A DNA stretch of 64,000 bases from Planctomycetota bacterium (GCA_021790385.1 JAJYDW010000004.1:36193-100192); one strand, 5' to 3'; counted from the first letter of the stretch, positions 35,242-46,439 are shown. The notes: generated by a model not told the origin, from the letters alone. Numbers and translations are program-made.

Positions 35242-35460
35242 ATGACCACCGACGGCAATAGCTTCAAATGTCCTGCCTGTGGCAAACCAGTTTCGGCTCC
35301 CAGACATCCATCGTTTCCATTCTGCTCCGATCGCTGCCGCCTCATTGATCTGAGCAATTGGATCGAAGAAAAATATACCGTCGACCGCCCCTTGGAACCC
35401 GACGAAGAACCGGATGTTGCTGGGCCCGCAGGTTCCTCCACCAAGGGTAAATTAATATAG
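35242..35460 (+). CDS. yacG: DNA gyrase inhibitor YacG (zinc-binding)
   Basis: 'CPACGKPV....FPFCSDRCRLIDLSNWIEEKY' matches the YacG pattern. Confidence 0.6.
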   Translation: MTTDGNSFKCPACGKPVSAPRHPSFPFCSDRCRLIDLSNWIEEKYTVDRPLEPDEEPDVAGPAGSSTKGKLI

Positions 35461-35485
35461 CGATGATTCGGCCGTGGCCGTGCTT

Positions 35486-36712
35486 TCAGCCGCGGGCGGC
35501 CATCGCTTGCTCCCATGCCGTGGTTGTGGTGGCCAAAAGCAGCCCCACGTGGGCATTGGCATCCAGTTGAGCCTCCGCTTTTCGGCCTATTCGCAAACAT
35601 TCGGCAATAACGGATTCCGGCAAGGCATGGACAGTTGAGGGCAATGGAATGGATACCGCGGACCCCACGCGATTTCGCAGTCGATCATCAAACCACGCCG
35701 CGATAAATCCCAGCATAACCGCAACACCATCACGTATCGCTCGATCTTTGGAAGCCAATGGATCCTGCTTTAATGACCGCTGGGCATACTCTTCGGCTTG
35801 ACTTTGAATCGTTGCGGCCAGTTCCATTGACACACATCGGCCATTGGCCAGATTATCCAAACCCGCAGTGATTTGTTGCACCCATGTGAAAACGTCAGCG
35901 GAGGGCTTTGCGGCTTTTGTTTTCGTCGCGGTACCAACTTTGGTGGGGCGGGCAGGTGCCACAGTCTCTTCCTGATCAAACCAGGCCAAGGCTCGGCCCA
36001 GGCTGCCGCCGCTAAGCCGGGCCAGCAATCCCGCTTGTTCGGATGTGGCCCCGCGTTGTTTCAAAACTGTGACAACGACCGCTTCCGGAAGAGCGCTAAA
36101 CAGCACGATTTGCGAACGACTGCGGATGGTGGACAGCAGTTCACCAGGGCTGGCGGTAATCATCATCAGGTACGACGCAGGCGGCGGTTCCTCCAAGGCT
36201 TTGAGCAGTGAATTCTGGGCTGGAAATTCCATCAAATCCGCCTCATCAATAATAAACCATTTGCCGCGATTGCGCTGTGATCGTTTGTAAAGCTTAGCTT
36301 CCACCCGGTGTTCTTCCGAAGCGTTCCCTGTAATTTCCCCACGAATAACATCAATGCTCAGTGTGGTGCCTTTGGATTTACCACTTTTATCGTGGTATCG
36401 GATCAGTTGTCGACTGACAACATGCAAATCCGGATGGTTGGAATGCTCTATCGCAATGCAGGATTCGCACGTGTTACAGGGGAGCGTTAGGATAAAATCA
36501 TCGGGCAATGCAGGCACGCGGGATACACCTGCCTGGCAGTTTGATGTGCTGATGGGATGATCGCACAGGCAGGTCTTCGCCATAGCCAGAGCCGCATTGA
36601 ATTTGCCGACGCCGGGCGGGCCGGCAAAAATCCATGTGGACGCCAGACGCCCGGAATGAACAGCCCTCTGCAAATGGGCTAAAGCGCGTGGCTGTCCCAA
36701 GATGTGGAGCAT
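35486..36712 (-). CDS. holB: DNA polymerase III delta' subunit-like AAA+ clamp-loader protein with C-terminal extension
   Basis: 'FAGPPGVGKFNAALAMAKTCLC' Walker A/clamp-loader N-terminus. Zn module 'CNTCESCIAIE'. 'FIIDEADLM' box. Confidence 0.55.
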   Translation of the reverse strand: MLHILGQPRALAHLQRAVHSGRLASTWIFAGPPGVGKFNAALAMAKTCLCDHPISTSNCQAGVSRVPALPDDFILTLPCNTCESCIAIEHSNHPDLHVVSRQLIRYHDKSGKSKGTTLSIDVIRGEITGNASEEHRVEAKLYKRSQRNRGKWFIIDEADLMEFPAQNSLLKALEEPPPASYLMMITASPGELLSTIRSRSQIVLFSALPEAVVVTVLKQRGATSEQAGLLARLSGGSLGRALAWFDQEETVAPARPTKVGTATKTKAAKPSADVFTWVQQITAGLDNLANGRCVSMELAATIQSQAEEYAQRSLKQDPLASKDRAIRDGVAVMLGFIAAWFDDRLRNRVGSAVSIPLPSTVHALPESVIAECLRIGRKAEAQLDANAHVGLLLATTTTAWEQAMAARG

Positions 36713-36767
36713 GAAGGCATCTCACTTATCACAAAGCAGCGGCGGCCGACGGTACGTCAAAACACAT

Positions 36768-37955
36768 CTATAACAAGTCTTCGGCAAGTTCATTTAATAT
36801 CTCAATGCCCTGCTGAAGTTGGTCGTCACTAACAGCATAACTGATTCTAAAATGTGTGTCCCGTATGCTGAAGACCTGCCCTGGAATAACCAGGACATTT
36901 TTTTCGATGGCCCGGGCCACAAATTCCGTGGCCGTACCGGATCCCGGTACCTGCGGAAACACATAAAACGCCCCACCCGGCGGATTGATGGTGAAGTGTT
37001 CGGCCAAGCCGGAGACCACCCGATCCCGTTTGCGCCGGTAGGCGTCAATCATGGGGGTCATATCTACGCTCTGGCTCTGGTAGAGCTCCAACGCCGCATA
37101 TTGTGCGGGAGCCGGGGCGCACACAAATGTGTATTGCTGCAGTTTGCTCATCTGTTCAATGATAACTTGGGGGCCGGATGCATAGCCGAGTCGCCAGCCG
37201 GTCATACCATACGTTTTGGAATAGCCCTTGAGTTGTATGCACTGGTCCGGCAAAAGTGGGGCGATGCTTTCATGTCTTTGATAGCAGAAGGCATCATAAA
37301 TTTCATCGCTCAACACCATCAGGTTATGTTTGCGGGCAATCTGCGCCGCGGCTGAAAGCTCCGCTGCCGTCAACGTAATACCGGTCGGGTTGCTGGGCGA
37401 GCAAATGATCATCATTCGTGTTCGCGGGGTAATGGCCGCCTCAATCCGATCTGCATGCAGCCGAAAATCCGGATACGTATCGACTGCCACCGGCACGGCG
37501 CCGATCAGCCTGGGCAGTTGGCGGTACATCACAAAATAGGGATCCAGGAATAACACCTCATCACCTGGATTCAGCAGGGCGCACATCGAGAGCATAATTC
37601 CAGCCGAGGTGCCCGATAAAATTAAAATGCCGGGATCACGCCAGCCCGTCGATTCCATCACCTGACGGCGGATGGGGGCGATGAGTTCAGCAATGCCCTG
37701 GGTAGGGGTGTAGCGATTTTTGCCAGCCTGGATGGCCTTGATCATCCGTTCCTTCAGGGGTTCCGGCACGTCAAAATCAGGTTGGCCGATGGACAAGTTG
37801 ATAGGGTTTTTAAGCTTCGCGGCCAGGTCAAAAACCTTGCGAATTCCAGAGGCGTCAATTTCCATGGCTCGCTGGGCGATCAAAGCGCTTGGATCAAAAA
37901 TAGTGCCGGTACTCTGAGAAGGAATGGATGAATCGGGCAATGAAGTTTTACTCAT
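36768..37955 (-). CDS. Class I/II PLP-dependent aminotransferase
   Basis: 'LSIGQPDFDVPEPL...NRYTPTQG' and 'SPSNPTG' motifs are typical of AspAT-fold aminotransferases. Confidence 0.7.
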   Translation of the reverse strand: MSKTSLPDSSIPSQSTGTIFDPSALIAQRAMEIDASGIRKVFDLAAKLKNPINLSIGQPDFDVPEPLKERMIKAIQAGKNRYTPTQGIAELIAPIRRQVMESTGWRDPGILILSGTSAGIMLSMCALLNPGDEVLFLDPYFVMYRQLPRLIGAVPVAVDTYPDFRLHADRIEAAITPRTRMMIICSPSNPTGITLTAAELSAAAQIARKHNLMVLSDEIYDAFCYQRHESIAPLLPDQCIQLKGYSKTYGMTGWRLGYASGPQVIIEQMSKLQQYTFVCAPAPAQYAALELYQSQSVDMTPMIDAYRRKRDRVVSGLAEHFTINPPGGAFYVFPQVPGSGTATEFVARAIEKNVLVIPGQVFSIRDTHFRISYAVSDDQLQQGIEILNELAEDLL

Positions 37956-38332
37956 CGGATGTTTCCGCTTCCTGTCAATAACTGTGTGGCATCAACCACA
38001 TGGTTATTGTAACCCAAACCAGAATATATGAAAAATTGGACAAGAGTTGAACAGAGAATGCTCTTTGATCTGCTTTCATAGCTGTTGTGCACCAGATTCG
38101 CCTGGCCAGTAGATCATTTGCCTGTAGCAAGGCCGCCCTTCGGGCTTGAGACCTGGAGGAATTCAAATACGTCAGGATGGCTGCCGCATGTGATTTGTTG
38201 ACAATCGCAGCCGGTAAATCGCCGGACGCCTGGGAACCGTCGCTTTCAGCTAAACCAGAGAACCTTTAAATGGGCACACATAAGCTCCTGGCGATACGTC
38301 TCAAATGCTGGCTAATTAGCGGCACGCCGCCA

Positions 38333-40999
38333 TTACTTCGTGCTGTAGCTGCCGCCGGTTTTCTCCCGTACTACCGCCTGTGCCGCGGCCAAACGGGCAA
38401 TGGGTACACGATAGGGGGAGCAACTGACGTAGTTAAGTCCTACCCGATGGCAAAATTCGACAGACGACGGATCTCCGCCATGCTCACCACAGATGCCGAC
38501 CTTCAGGTCTTTCCGCACGCCGCGTCCCTTTTCAATGGCCATACGGATCAGTTGTCCGACACCTACCTGATCCAGCGAGTTAAACGGGTCCTTGGGCAAA
38601 ATTTCCATTTCGACGTACTTGGGAACAAATGAACCCACGTCATCACGTGAAAAACCAAAGGTCATCTGGGTAAGATCGTTGGTGCCGAAACTAAAGAACT
38701 GGGCTTCCTTGGCGATCTCGTCGGCGGTAAGGGCGGCGCGCGGCAATTCGATCATGGTGCCGACCTTGTAGTCCACCTTGCGGCCCGTTTTGGCTAAAAC
38801 CTCGGCGGCCACTGCGTGAACTTTTGGCAGCAGGAATTCAAGCTCTTTAACGGTATTCACAATGGGAATCATAACCTCTGGCGATACCTTAACCCCTTTG
38901 GCGGCAACTTCGCAAGCAGCCTGAAAGATCGCTCGTACCTGCATTTCCTGAATTTCCGGGAAAATTACTGCAAGCCGGCAGCCACGGAACCCAAGCATCG
39001 GATTGGCTTCATGCAGTTCACTCACGCGACGCTTGATCTTTTCGAGCGGCACTTTCATCTCTTTGGCCATTTGGCGCTGGTTCTTATCTTCGTGGGGCAG
39101 AAACTCATGCAATGGCGGATCGAGCAGGCGAATCGTTACCGGCAGGCCATCCATAGCCTTGAAAATGCCGACGAAATCTTTCTTTTGATAGGGAAGCAGT
39201 TTTTTAAGAGCGGCTCGCCGGTCTTTTTCGTTTTCCGCCATGATCATTTCGCGCATGGCAATGATACGGTCGCCTTCAAAAAACATGTGTTCAGTGCGGC
39301 AGAGTCCAATGCCTTCGGCACCGAAATCGCGGGCCACTTTAGCGTCGTTGGGGGTGTCAGCATTGGTGCGCACATTAAGTTTGCGGGCGGCATCCGCCCA
39401 GGACATCAGCGTGGAAAAGTCACCGGTAACCGATGGCTTTACGGTTGGCACAGCGCCGGCGAAAACTTCACCCGTAGAGCCATTGAGCGAGATAACGTCT
39501 TTGCGGCTGAATTTGCGAACTTTGCCCGCCGTATTGCGAACGGTCACGATGCCGGTACCGGCATCAATGTTCAGTTCGCCGCAGCCCGCCACACACGGCT
39601 TGCCCATACCACGAGCGACTACCGCGGCATGGCTGGTCATCCCTCCGGTGCTGGTCAAAATACCAACAGCCGTTTGCATTCCACCGATGTCTTCAGGAGA
39701 GGTTTCCTTGCGGACCAGAATAACCTTTTCACCATCCTTAAAACGGCGTTCGGCTTCTTCGGCGGTGAAAGCCAATTTGCCCACAGCCGCTCCCGGCGAT
39801 GCCGGCAGGCCTTTAGCCACAACATCTCTTTTTGCTTTGGGGTCAAAGGATGGGTGCAAAAGTTGATCAAGGCTGGCGGGATCCACGCGAAGAATGGCGG
39901 TGTTCTGATCAATAAGTTTTTCACGGACCATTTCTACGGCGATGCGGACGGCGGCCTGGGCGGTGCGTTTGCCGTTGCGAGTTTGCAGCATATAAAAGCG
40001 ATTGTGTTCAACCGTAAATTCCATGTCCTGCACGTCTTTGAAATGCTTTTCCAGCAGATCCTTCACCCGCAGCAATTCAGCGTAAGCATCAGGCAGGACG
40101 TTGCCCATTTTGACAATTTCCTGTGGAGTACGTATACCCGCCACTACATCTTCCCCCTGGGCGTTGATCAAGAATTCGCCGTAGAACACATTTTCTCCGG
40201 TGGAAGGGTCGCGGGTAAAACAAACGCCAGTGGCGCAGTCCTCACCCATGTTGCCAAACACCATCGCCTGAACGTTAACGGCGGTACCGGCCAAGCCGGA
40301 AATTTCATTGAGTTGGCGGTACTTGATGGCGCGCTGGCTGTTCCAGCTTTGAAACACCGCCATCACCGATTTGAGAATCTGATCCCGCGGATCGGTGGAG
40401 AATTTTTCCCTGGTGTGCTTTTCGTAGACCTTAAGATATCGACGGCAAACTTCCTGTAGATCTTCCACATTAAGTTCAGTGTCTAGTTTGACCTTTCTTT
40501 TAGCTTTGACCGCAGAAAGTTCATGCTCGAAATGATGATGATCAACGCCCATGACGGTGTCGCCGAACATATTAATGAGCCGTCGCCACGCATCCCACGC
40601 AAAGCGGGGGTTGCCGCATTGTGCGGCAAACGAGTCGATCATTATTTCCGTCAGGCCGATGTTCAAAACGGTATCCATCATGCCGGGCATCGAAACTGCC
40701 GCACCGGATCGGCAGGAAACCAGCAGGGGATTATTCGGATCGCCAAGTTTTTTCCCCAGTGTTTGTTCCAGTTGTCGCAGATTTTCATCAATCTGCTCCT
40801 CCAGACCCTCTGGAAACTTCTGGCCAGCCTTGTAATAGCCTGCGCAGCACTCGGTGGTAATGGTGAACCCGGGGGGGACGGGCAGACCGATATTGGTCAT
40901 TTCCGCAAGATTAGCCCCTTTTCCACCAAGCAGTGTTTTATCTTTGGCGGACCCTTCCGCTTTGCCGTTGCCAAAAAAGTAAACCATTTTTTCTGTCAT
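38333..40999 (-). CDS. ppdK: Pyruvate, phosphate dikinase
   Basis: 'GGMTSHAAVVARGMGKPCVAG' phospho-His domain. 'LCRTEHMF' and PEP-utilising C-terminus. RBS GGAGG lies 8 nt before ATG 40999. Confidence 0.85.
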   Translation of the reverse strand: MTEKMVYFFGNGKAEGSAKDKTLLGGKGANLAEMTNIGLPVPPGFTITTECCAGYYKAGQKFPEGLEEQIDENLRQLEQTLGKKLGDPNNPLLVSCRSGAAVSMPGMMDTVLNIGLTEIMIDSFAAQCGNPRFAWDAWRRLINMFGDTVMGVDHHHFEHELSAVKAKRKVKLDTELNVEDLQEVCRRYLKVYEKHTREKFSTDPRDQILKSVMAVFQSWNSQRAIKYRQLNEISGLAGTAVNVQAMVFGNMGEDCATGVCFTRDPSTGENVFYGEFLINAQGEDVVAGIRTPQEIVKMGNVLPDAYAELLRVKDLLEKHFKDVQDMEFTVEHNRFYMLQTRNGKRTAQAAVRIAVEMVREKLIDQNTAILRVDPASLDQLLHPSFDPKAKRDVVAKGLPASPGAAVGKLAFTAEEAERRFKDGEKVILVRKETSPEDIGGMQTAVGILTSTGGMTSHAAVVARGMGKPCVAGCGELNIDAGTGIVTVRNTAGKVRKFSRKDVISLNGSTGEVFAGAVPTVKPSVTGDFSTLMSWADAARKLNVRTNADTPNDAKVARDFGAEGIGLCRTEHMFFEGDRIIAMREMIMAENEKDRRAALKKLLPYQKKDFVGIFKAMDGLPVTIRLLDPPLHEFLPHEDKNQRQMAKEMKVPLEKIKRRVSELHEANPMLGFRGCRLAVIFPEIQEMQVRAIFQAACEVAAKGVKVSPEVMIPIVNTVKELEFLLPKVHAVAAEVLAKTGRKVDYKVGTMIELPRAALTADEIAKEAQFFSFGTNDLTQMTFGFSRDDVGSFVPKYVEMEILPKDPFNSLDQVGVGQLIRMAIEKGRGVRKDLKVGICGEHGGDPSSVEFCHRVGLNYVSCSPYRVPIARLAAAQAVVREKTGGSYSTK

Positions 41000-41289
41000 G
41001 ATTAAGACCTCCGTAAGTTTGTTATGCCGCGATAAAGCGCCAACATCAAAGCACAAAAACAACCTGTTCCGGGAAGACCGGTCAGGCCCCACCGCGCTAC
41101 CAAGGGCCAAATTATAGGGGCGAAATTTCTGACGTCAAATGATTGAGCCAGGCGGCTTTGTCGGCACGAAAAATCTACATGGCATACCCCTTGCGAGCGA
41201 ATGGGCGTGACGACCGTTTACGTCCTGCCGAACTTAGGATATCCTAACAAGTCTGTAGGCATCATGGCTTCGATCAGGAAAATTCCAGC

Positions 41290-43209
41290 ATGTCAATGAA
41301 ATTAATGCGCAAGTACAGTAAACCGTTGATGGCCTTTTTCGGCGTGCTGTTGATGGTTACGTTTTTAGTGGGGTATACTTTTACCTCCGGCCTGGGAAGT
41401 CGAGAAAACGGATTTATTCTTGGAAGCCTCAACGGCCGGTCAATTACCACCGGCAGTCTGACCCAGGTGCGCATCGACTTGCGAATTCTGCAGTATCTGC
41501 GACTTCGGCCACCTTGGCTTGGCGATCGCAGCAATAGTAACGATTCTTTACAATTCTATTTGTTATTAAACGAGGCCCGTGCCAGTGGCTTTCAGGCCAG
41601 TCCAGATCAGGTTCGGTCGGAGTTGAGAAACAAACAGCTTCTTGCCGCAGTGCAAAATCTGGCTGATTCCACCCAGTATGCCTTTCCAGCGATTGCTCAA
41701 GCCATGGATGATCTGGATACCGTGAACAACATGGTCAACTTTGTATCCGGAGCGGCACAGCCCAGCCGTCCTCAGGTGTTGCATTTCATGAGCCGGCTTT
41801 TTTCGACCGTCAAGGTGGTATACGTACGTCTTCGGGCGGTGAATGCTGTCGATCATGTTCCGGTACCATCGCAGGCGGCATTAACCCGGTTGTATCAGGC
41901 GTATTGCCATGTATTTCCGTGGACGCCCGGATCGTCTGTGCCTCCACCCTTGATTAACGGCCATCGCTATCCTTTTGGCTTCCGGTTTCCGGACCGGGTG
42001 AAAATTGAATTCATTAAACTGGATCGTGCCCAGGTGCAAAAAACCATGCGTCCCACTGTGGCGGATGTCCAGGCCGCTTATCATTATTACCTGCGACATC
42101 CCAGCCGATTTACGATTGCTGCGACAGGCCCGGCCACAACCCATCCCGCCGCACCTGAATTGGAGCCATGGAATCAGGTCAAGGAGAAGCTGGTAGAAAT
42201 GGAGATCAATCGGCGGATTGATGTGCTGTTTCGGCATATCAGTGACATGATATTGCACCTTACCTCCAAGCCATGGGTAGCCGGAGCCAATGATTATGCC
42301 CATCTGTTGCCGGGTAAGCAACGGGTGTCGTACCGACTCATAGCCAAACGGATGAAACGCGAGTTTGGTTATAAGCCGGAGGTCGGTTTCTTGAATCATT
42401 GGCTTGATGCCGGTGGCCTTTCCGCCCTTATGGGGATTGGCAGTGCGGTGTACCGCCAAAGTGGTTTTCCAAGGCAGACGCTGGCGGATCTGGCCTTGCA
42501 GGTGCGCCAGCTTGAACCCAAGCCCAAGGGCCTGGCACTGCTTCTGCATCTGCAGGTTGGAAGGGAAGGTCCGTTGCTTGTAGATAGACATGGAAATCAA
42601 TATATTTATAGAGTTGTTGCAGTCAGCCCGGCTCACGATCCGGCAAGCCTGGCACAGGTGAAGCCCCAGGTGCTTCGAGACGCTAAGCTCCTGGAGGCCT
42701 ATCGCAGTGCAGTAGCCCGTTGCCGGGAGATGGCGGTACAGGCACAGTTCCGGTCGCTTAAAGCCATTGCTAAAACCGACGGTGTGAATTTATTTCAGCC
42801 CCAGCCGTTCGGTGAACTTCAGGTAGTCGAGAATCCATACACCGGTATGCCTGTGTTAGTACCGGCACAGGTATCCACCATGACTTATCCGCTGCCTTCA
42901 TTTACAAAAGCTGCATTCAATCTGGCCATTAGACTTCAAGACCAAGTGCAGCATGCCAGCCATGTGGGTACCAAGCCGACGGTTTCCGCACATCCGGCTA
43001 CCGCAGTACCGATGGATTCCCGCCTGGAGGCATTCACTATACAGTTGATTCATTCGAGTCCGATGCCTGCAGCCAATCTTTCAAATGTGCAATCACTGGC
43101 CAGGGTGATACGCAGCCTGACTCAGTCGCAGGCAATCCGATTGGAGTTGCAATGGCTAAGTCTAAAGGCTGTTTCAGCTCGCGTGGGTTTTGTTCCGGCG
43201 AAAAACTGA
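41290..43209 (+). CDS. Membrane-anchored periplasmic protein, possibly a PpiD/SurA-like chaperone
   Basis: N-terminal TM 'LMAFFGVLLMVTFLVGYTF' followed by about 600 aa. This architecture is like PpiD. No PPIase motif could be confirmed by eye. Confidence 0.3.
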   Translation: MSMKLMRKYSKPLMAFFGVLLMVTFLVGYTFTSGLGSRENGFILGSLNGRSITTGSLTQVRIDLRILQYLRLRPPWLGDRSNSNDSLQFYLLLNEARASGFQASPDQVRSELRNKQLLAAVQNLADSTQYAFPAIAQAMDDLDTVNNMVNFVSGAAQPSRPQVLHFMSRLFSTVKVVYVRLRAVNAVDHVPVPSQAALTRLYQAYCHVFPWTPGSSVPPPLINGHRYPFGFRFPDRVKIEFIKLDRAQVQKTMRPTVADVQAAYHYYLRHPSRFTIAATGPATTHPAAPELEPWNQVKEKLVEMEINRRIDVLFRHISDMILHLTSKPWVAGANDYAHLLPGKQRVSYRLIAKRMKREFGYKPEVGFLNHWLDAGGLSALMGIGSAVYRQSGFPRQTLADLALQVRQLEPKPKGLALLLHLQVGREGPLLVDRHGNQYIYRVVAVSPAHDPASLAQVKPQVLRDAKLLEAYRSAVARCREMAVQAQFRSLKAIAKTDGVNLFQPQPFGELQVVENPYTGMPVLVPAQVSTMTYPLPSFTKAAFNLAIRLQDQVQHASHVGTKPTVSAHPATAVPMDSRLEAFTIQLIHSSPMPAANLSNVQSLARVIRSLTQSQAIRLELQWLSLKAVSARVGFVPAKN

Positions 43210-43618
43210 TCTGCTTGATTTTTCACCAGGGGAGGGGGGATTTCTGCAGGTTGTCGAACAGTTCACGTGAATTTTTCATCCGACTTGGTACCGTAACTTC
43301 GCCCGCGGATCGGGGTTGATTTTGCCTGTCCTAGGCGTTATCGGACCTATTTGTCCGGATTTTCCGAGATTGCTGTTAAACCAAGTCTATGAAGCAAGTT
43401 TACGAAACAACATTGTACTCGATTTGTACATTGCAACGCCAAAAATAGATAAAAATTCAAAAGTTTCAAAAAAATATTAAACGACGTAACATCTTATTTA
43501 ATAAAGTCTTACAAGTTTATATTTTGAAAATCATGGCAAAATATGACCCGAAAGCTGGTCTATGGCGTATAATAGTGTATGTATAAACCATTTGGCTCGA
43601 AAGAAAGGAGCAATCATC

Positions 43619-44587
43619 ATGGTTCAAATGACAGTGAGCAGTTCAATCTACGCGCCAACTAAGCCGACACGCTTGGTAAAGATTTTGGTGGCATTGCCTG
43701 ATGATATGCAGTTGCGTCTGCGGGAAGCCCTTTCCGCCGATCTGGAGCACGTTGCACATCCATCCTTTAAGAGTCGCAATGCTGAAGAAAAGCTCTTTGC
43801 CGGAGATCTGGTTACTGCGGGTAAGTCGGACGGACGATTTAATTCTGCCGATAATGATGATGAATTCTTCGCCAATGGATCCCTTGCGCCTACCATGAGC
43901 AAGCAAGCGGAGCAAATGGAGTTCTTGCGGTACAATTTTGCGCGGATGAAAGCTTCGCGATTTCTTCGGGAATTCCGAGCCAATCCATCTCGCGCTACAG
44001 CGGCACGGGTGGACTTTTGGTATCGCCGCGTGATTGAAGCCCGCCAGACCATAGCCCGGGCCAACATGGCTCTGGTTATGGCCATGAGCAAACGCACACG
44101 CATGACCGAAGTGGACCCCAGCGAATTGATTTCCGAAGGTAACATGGCGTTGTTACGGGCCATGGAAAAATTTGATGTGGGACGCGGCTTTAAGTTCAGC
44201 ACATACGCCTGCCGGGCCATTATTAAAGCATTCAGTCGCGCGGCCATGAAGAACAGCCGTTATCGCGATCTGTTTTCGGCAGAATATGATCCCGCCATGG
44301 AATCCGGAGATATGGCCGCCCAGCGCCATCGCGAAGCGTCGCAGGATGCGGTGGCGGAATTGCGCCGCATTGTGGAATCGAATAGTGCTGATCTCACCGA
44401 TCTGGAGCGGCGCGTCATTCAATCGCGTTTTTCGATTGGATCCGACGGCCAGGGCCAGGACACCCCGCGCATGACCTTGCGCGAGGTTGGGGAAATGGTC
44501 GGCTTGACCAAAGAGCGTGTGCGTCAAATTCAACTCTGCGCGCTGGGGAAATTACGCGCCGTTATGACCAACGCCCATGCGGCCTGA
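43619..44587 (+). CDS. Sigma-70 family RNA polymerase sigma factor (alternative, regions 2 and 4 present, no region 1.1), paralog A
   Basis: Region 2 'ELISEGNMALLRAMEKFDVGRGFKFSTYACRAI'. Region 4.2 'MTLREVGEMVGLTKERVRQIQLCALGKLR'. RBS AAAGGAG before ATG 43619. Confidence 0.75.
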   Translation: MVQMTVSSSIYAPTKPTRLVKILVALPDDMQLRLREALSADLEHVAHPSFKSRNAEEKLFAGDLVTAGKSDGRFNSADNDDEFFANGSLAPTMSKQAEQMEFLRYNFARMKASRFLREFRANPSRATAARVDFWYRRVIEARQTIARANMALVMAMSKRTRMTEVDPSELISEGNMALLRAMEKFDVGRGFKFSTYACRAIIKAFSRAAMKNSRYRDLFSAEYDPAMESGDMAAQRHREASQDAVAELRRIVESNSADLTDLERRVIQSRFSIGSDGQGQDTPRMTLREVGEMVGLTKERVRQIQLCALGKLRAVMTNAHAA

Positions 44588-44918
44588 TCGGGCCGTTTTT
44601 ATCGGCACTTGGGCTTCCGCCGGCGACAAAAGCCTGCGGTGAGTCCCAATCGCCGGGGTGTCCAGCTTATTTGTTAAAAACTTTAAAGAAAACATAGCAA
44701 TTTACTTAAGTGCTTATTTTGACTTATCTTGCAAATGTTCAATCAAATAAAATACGGTCGAAAATTTCACCAAGGCTACCCTGGATAATGCTTTTCCGTA
44801 TAGAAATGATGGATCGGAAATTAAAACGTTCGATTCGCCAAGTTCTCCGAAGCTGTGATGTCGCAGTTTTGGTTTGTTGAACGCCTTGGTTTTCTTTTGG
44901 GAAAAAGGAGAAGCACGT

Positions 44919-45923
44919 ATGAGTAGTACCTTATTGGATAGTTCCGTCAGCGCGGTTAATGTGGTGAGTGCTAAGCCAAAGTCAGCGGGTAAGAAGCTTC
45001 CACCACGCTTTCAGAAATTGCTCAGGAATATTTTAAATGCCGATCTTTCCTACGTGGAACACCCTGCGTTCTCCCGGCCGGAAACGGAATCTTTAATCTT
45101 TTCAGCGTCTTGGGATGGGTCAATGTCGGCCCTTGAAAATGCCGGCATAACGGCTGCAACCGGCAGCGAAGCATCGACGGAGGATGGGGCGGAGGCAATG
45201 CCCATTACTCTATTGACGGCGGACCCCTTGCCAAGCCGCGACATGGAAAACAAACTGTTCATGCGTTTTAATTTCGCCCGCAAGCAGCTTGCGCGGTTGG
45301 CCGAACGTTTTCGCGTTCGCTCCACGCTGTCCCTGGCGGAGCAGATGGAGTTCTGGCACGCACGTGCCGTGGAAAACCGGGAATTGCTCGCGCGCATGAA
45401 CATGGCTCTGGTGCAGGCCATGGCCAAGCGCAGCCGGGCGAACAGTGAGGTGGAAAATGCCGAACTGGTGTCCGAGGGCAATGTGGCCCTGTTCCGGGCC
45501 ATTGAAAAATTTGATGTATCCCGCGGATTTCGGTTCAGTACGTATGCGTGCCGGGCTATTCTGAAGGCGTTTAGCCGGGCGGCTATCCGCAACAGCCGTT
45601 ACCGCACCATGTTCGCCGTCGAATTAACGTCCAACAACATCGATCGTGTTGATCGAGAACAGCAAGTACGTCAAACACAGGAGGATTCTATCGTGGAACT
45701 TCGTCGAGTATTAACGGAAAACCGGGCTTCACTTTCACGGGTGGAGCAGCGCGTTATTGAATCACGTTTTTCAATCGATGCTCCAGCCGATGATACATCA
45801 GCGCGAATGACCCTTGAGGAAATTGGCGATGTGATCGGCGTGACCAAGGAACGAGTCCGCCAGATTCAGATGCGGGCCTTGGAGAAACTGCGTTACGCCC
45901 TGGAACGACGCGGCGTTTCTTAA
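44919..45923 (+). CDS. Sigma-70 family sigma factor, paralog B (tandem to 43619..44587)
   Basis: 'ELVSEGNVALFRAIEKFDVSRGFRFSTYACRAI' and 'MTLEEIGDVIGVTKERVRQIQMRALEKLR'. RBS AAAGGAG before ATG 44919. Confidence 0.75.
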   Translation: MSSTLLDSSVSAVNVVSAKPKSAGKKLPPRFQKLLRNILNADLSYVEHPAFSRPETESLIFSASWDGSMSALENAGITAATGSEASTEDGAEAMPITLLTADPLPSRDMENKLFMRFNFARKQLARLAERFRVRSTLSLAEQMEFWHARAVENRELLARMNMALVQAMAKRSRANSEVENAELVSEGNVALFRAIEKFDVSRGFRFSTYACRAILKAFSRAAIRNSRYRTMFAVELTSNNIDRVDREQQVRQTQEDSIVELRRVLTENRASLSRVEQRVIESRFSIDAPADDTSARMTLEEIGDVIGVTKERVRQIQMRALEKLRYALERRGVS

Positions 45924-46032
45924 GATGCCGGGGTGGCTCTCCCGGAATAAAAGGAGAAGCCTTGAGAGCAAGGTAGTGAGCAAGGTGGGACGACCCCCAG
46001 CGCTGGGGAAAATCCCGGAGAGCAATCAGTAA

Positions 46033-46097
46033 GGGCGACGTGGCAGAGAGCCGACCGCAAAATTGTGGGGTTGCGCGTCCTGCCGCTCGCCCTTTTT
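46033..46097 (+). terminator. Structured element and intrinsic terminator downstream of the sigma paralog B gene (outer stem GGGCGA...TCGCCC, inner stems, then TTTTT)
   Basis: Complementary arms at 46033-46038 and 46087-46092, followed by T5 at 46093-46097. The inner stems are GGCAG/CTGCC and CGCAA/TTGCG. Confidence 0.4.
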
Positions 46098-46254
46098 ATG
46101 TTTCTTAAAGGCCGCGGAATATCCCGGTGGCAAGGAAAATAACCATACAAAGACGGTCAGGCGAACAGGTTACCGCAGGACAGGCTGCCTCAGCTTGCAA
46201 CAGATATACTATTCTATATTTACCTGTTTAATTATTTTGGTTCCGCCAAAAAAA

Positions 46255-46329
<75 letters not shown>

Positions 46330-46439
46330 ATTGGCGCTATCCTAACACATTATCAGGGATTGTAAAATGGGATTGTGTAAACAAGCTGGTATCGGCGGCC
46401 TGATGCAATTTGGCCGGATTGTCCAGACCGGCTGGTTTT

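Noticed and set aside
38816-40459. Long antisense ORFs such as 38816..40459 (547 aa inside ppdK), 33027..34052 (inside dnaJ), 18745..19524, 3056..3883, 43648..44247 and 45050..45592
   Set aside because: They sit wholly inside well-supported genes on the opposite strand. Their products are low-complexity (Gly/Arg/Ala-rich) and have no motifs. These are typical high-GC shadow ORFs.
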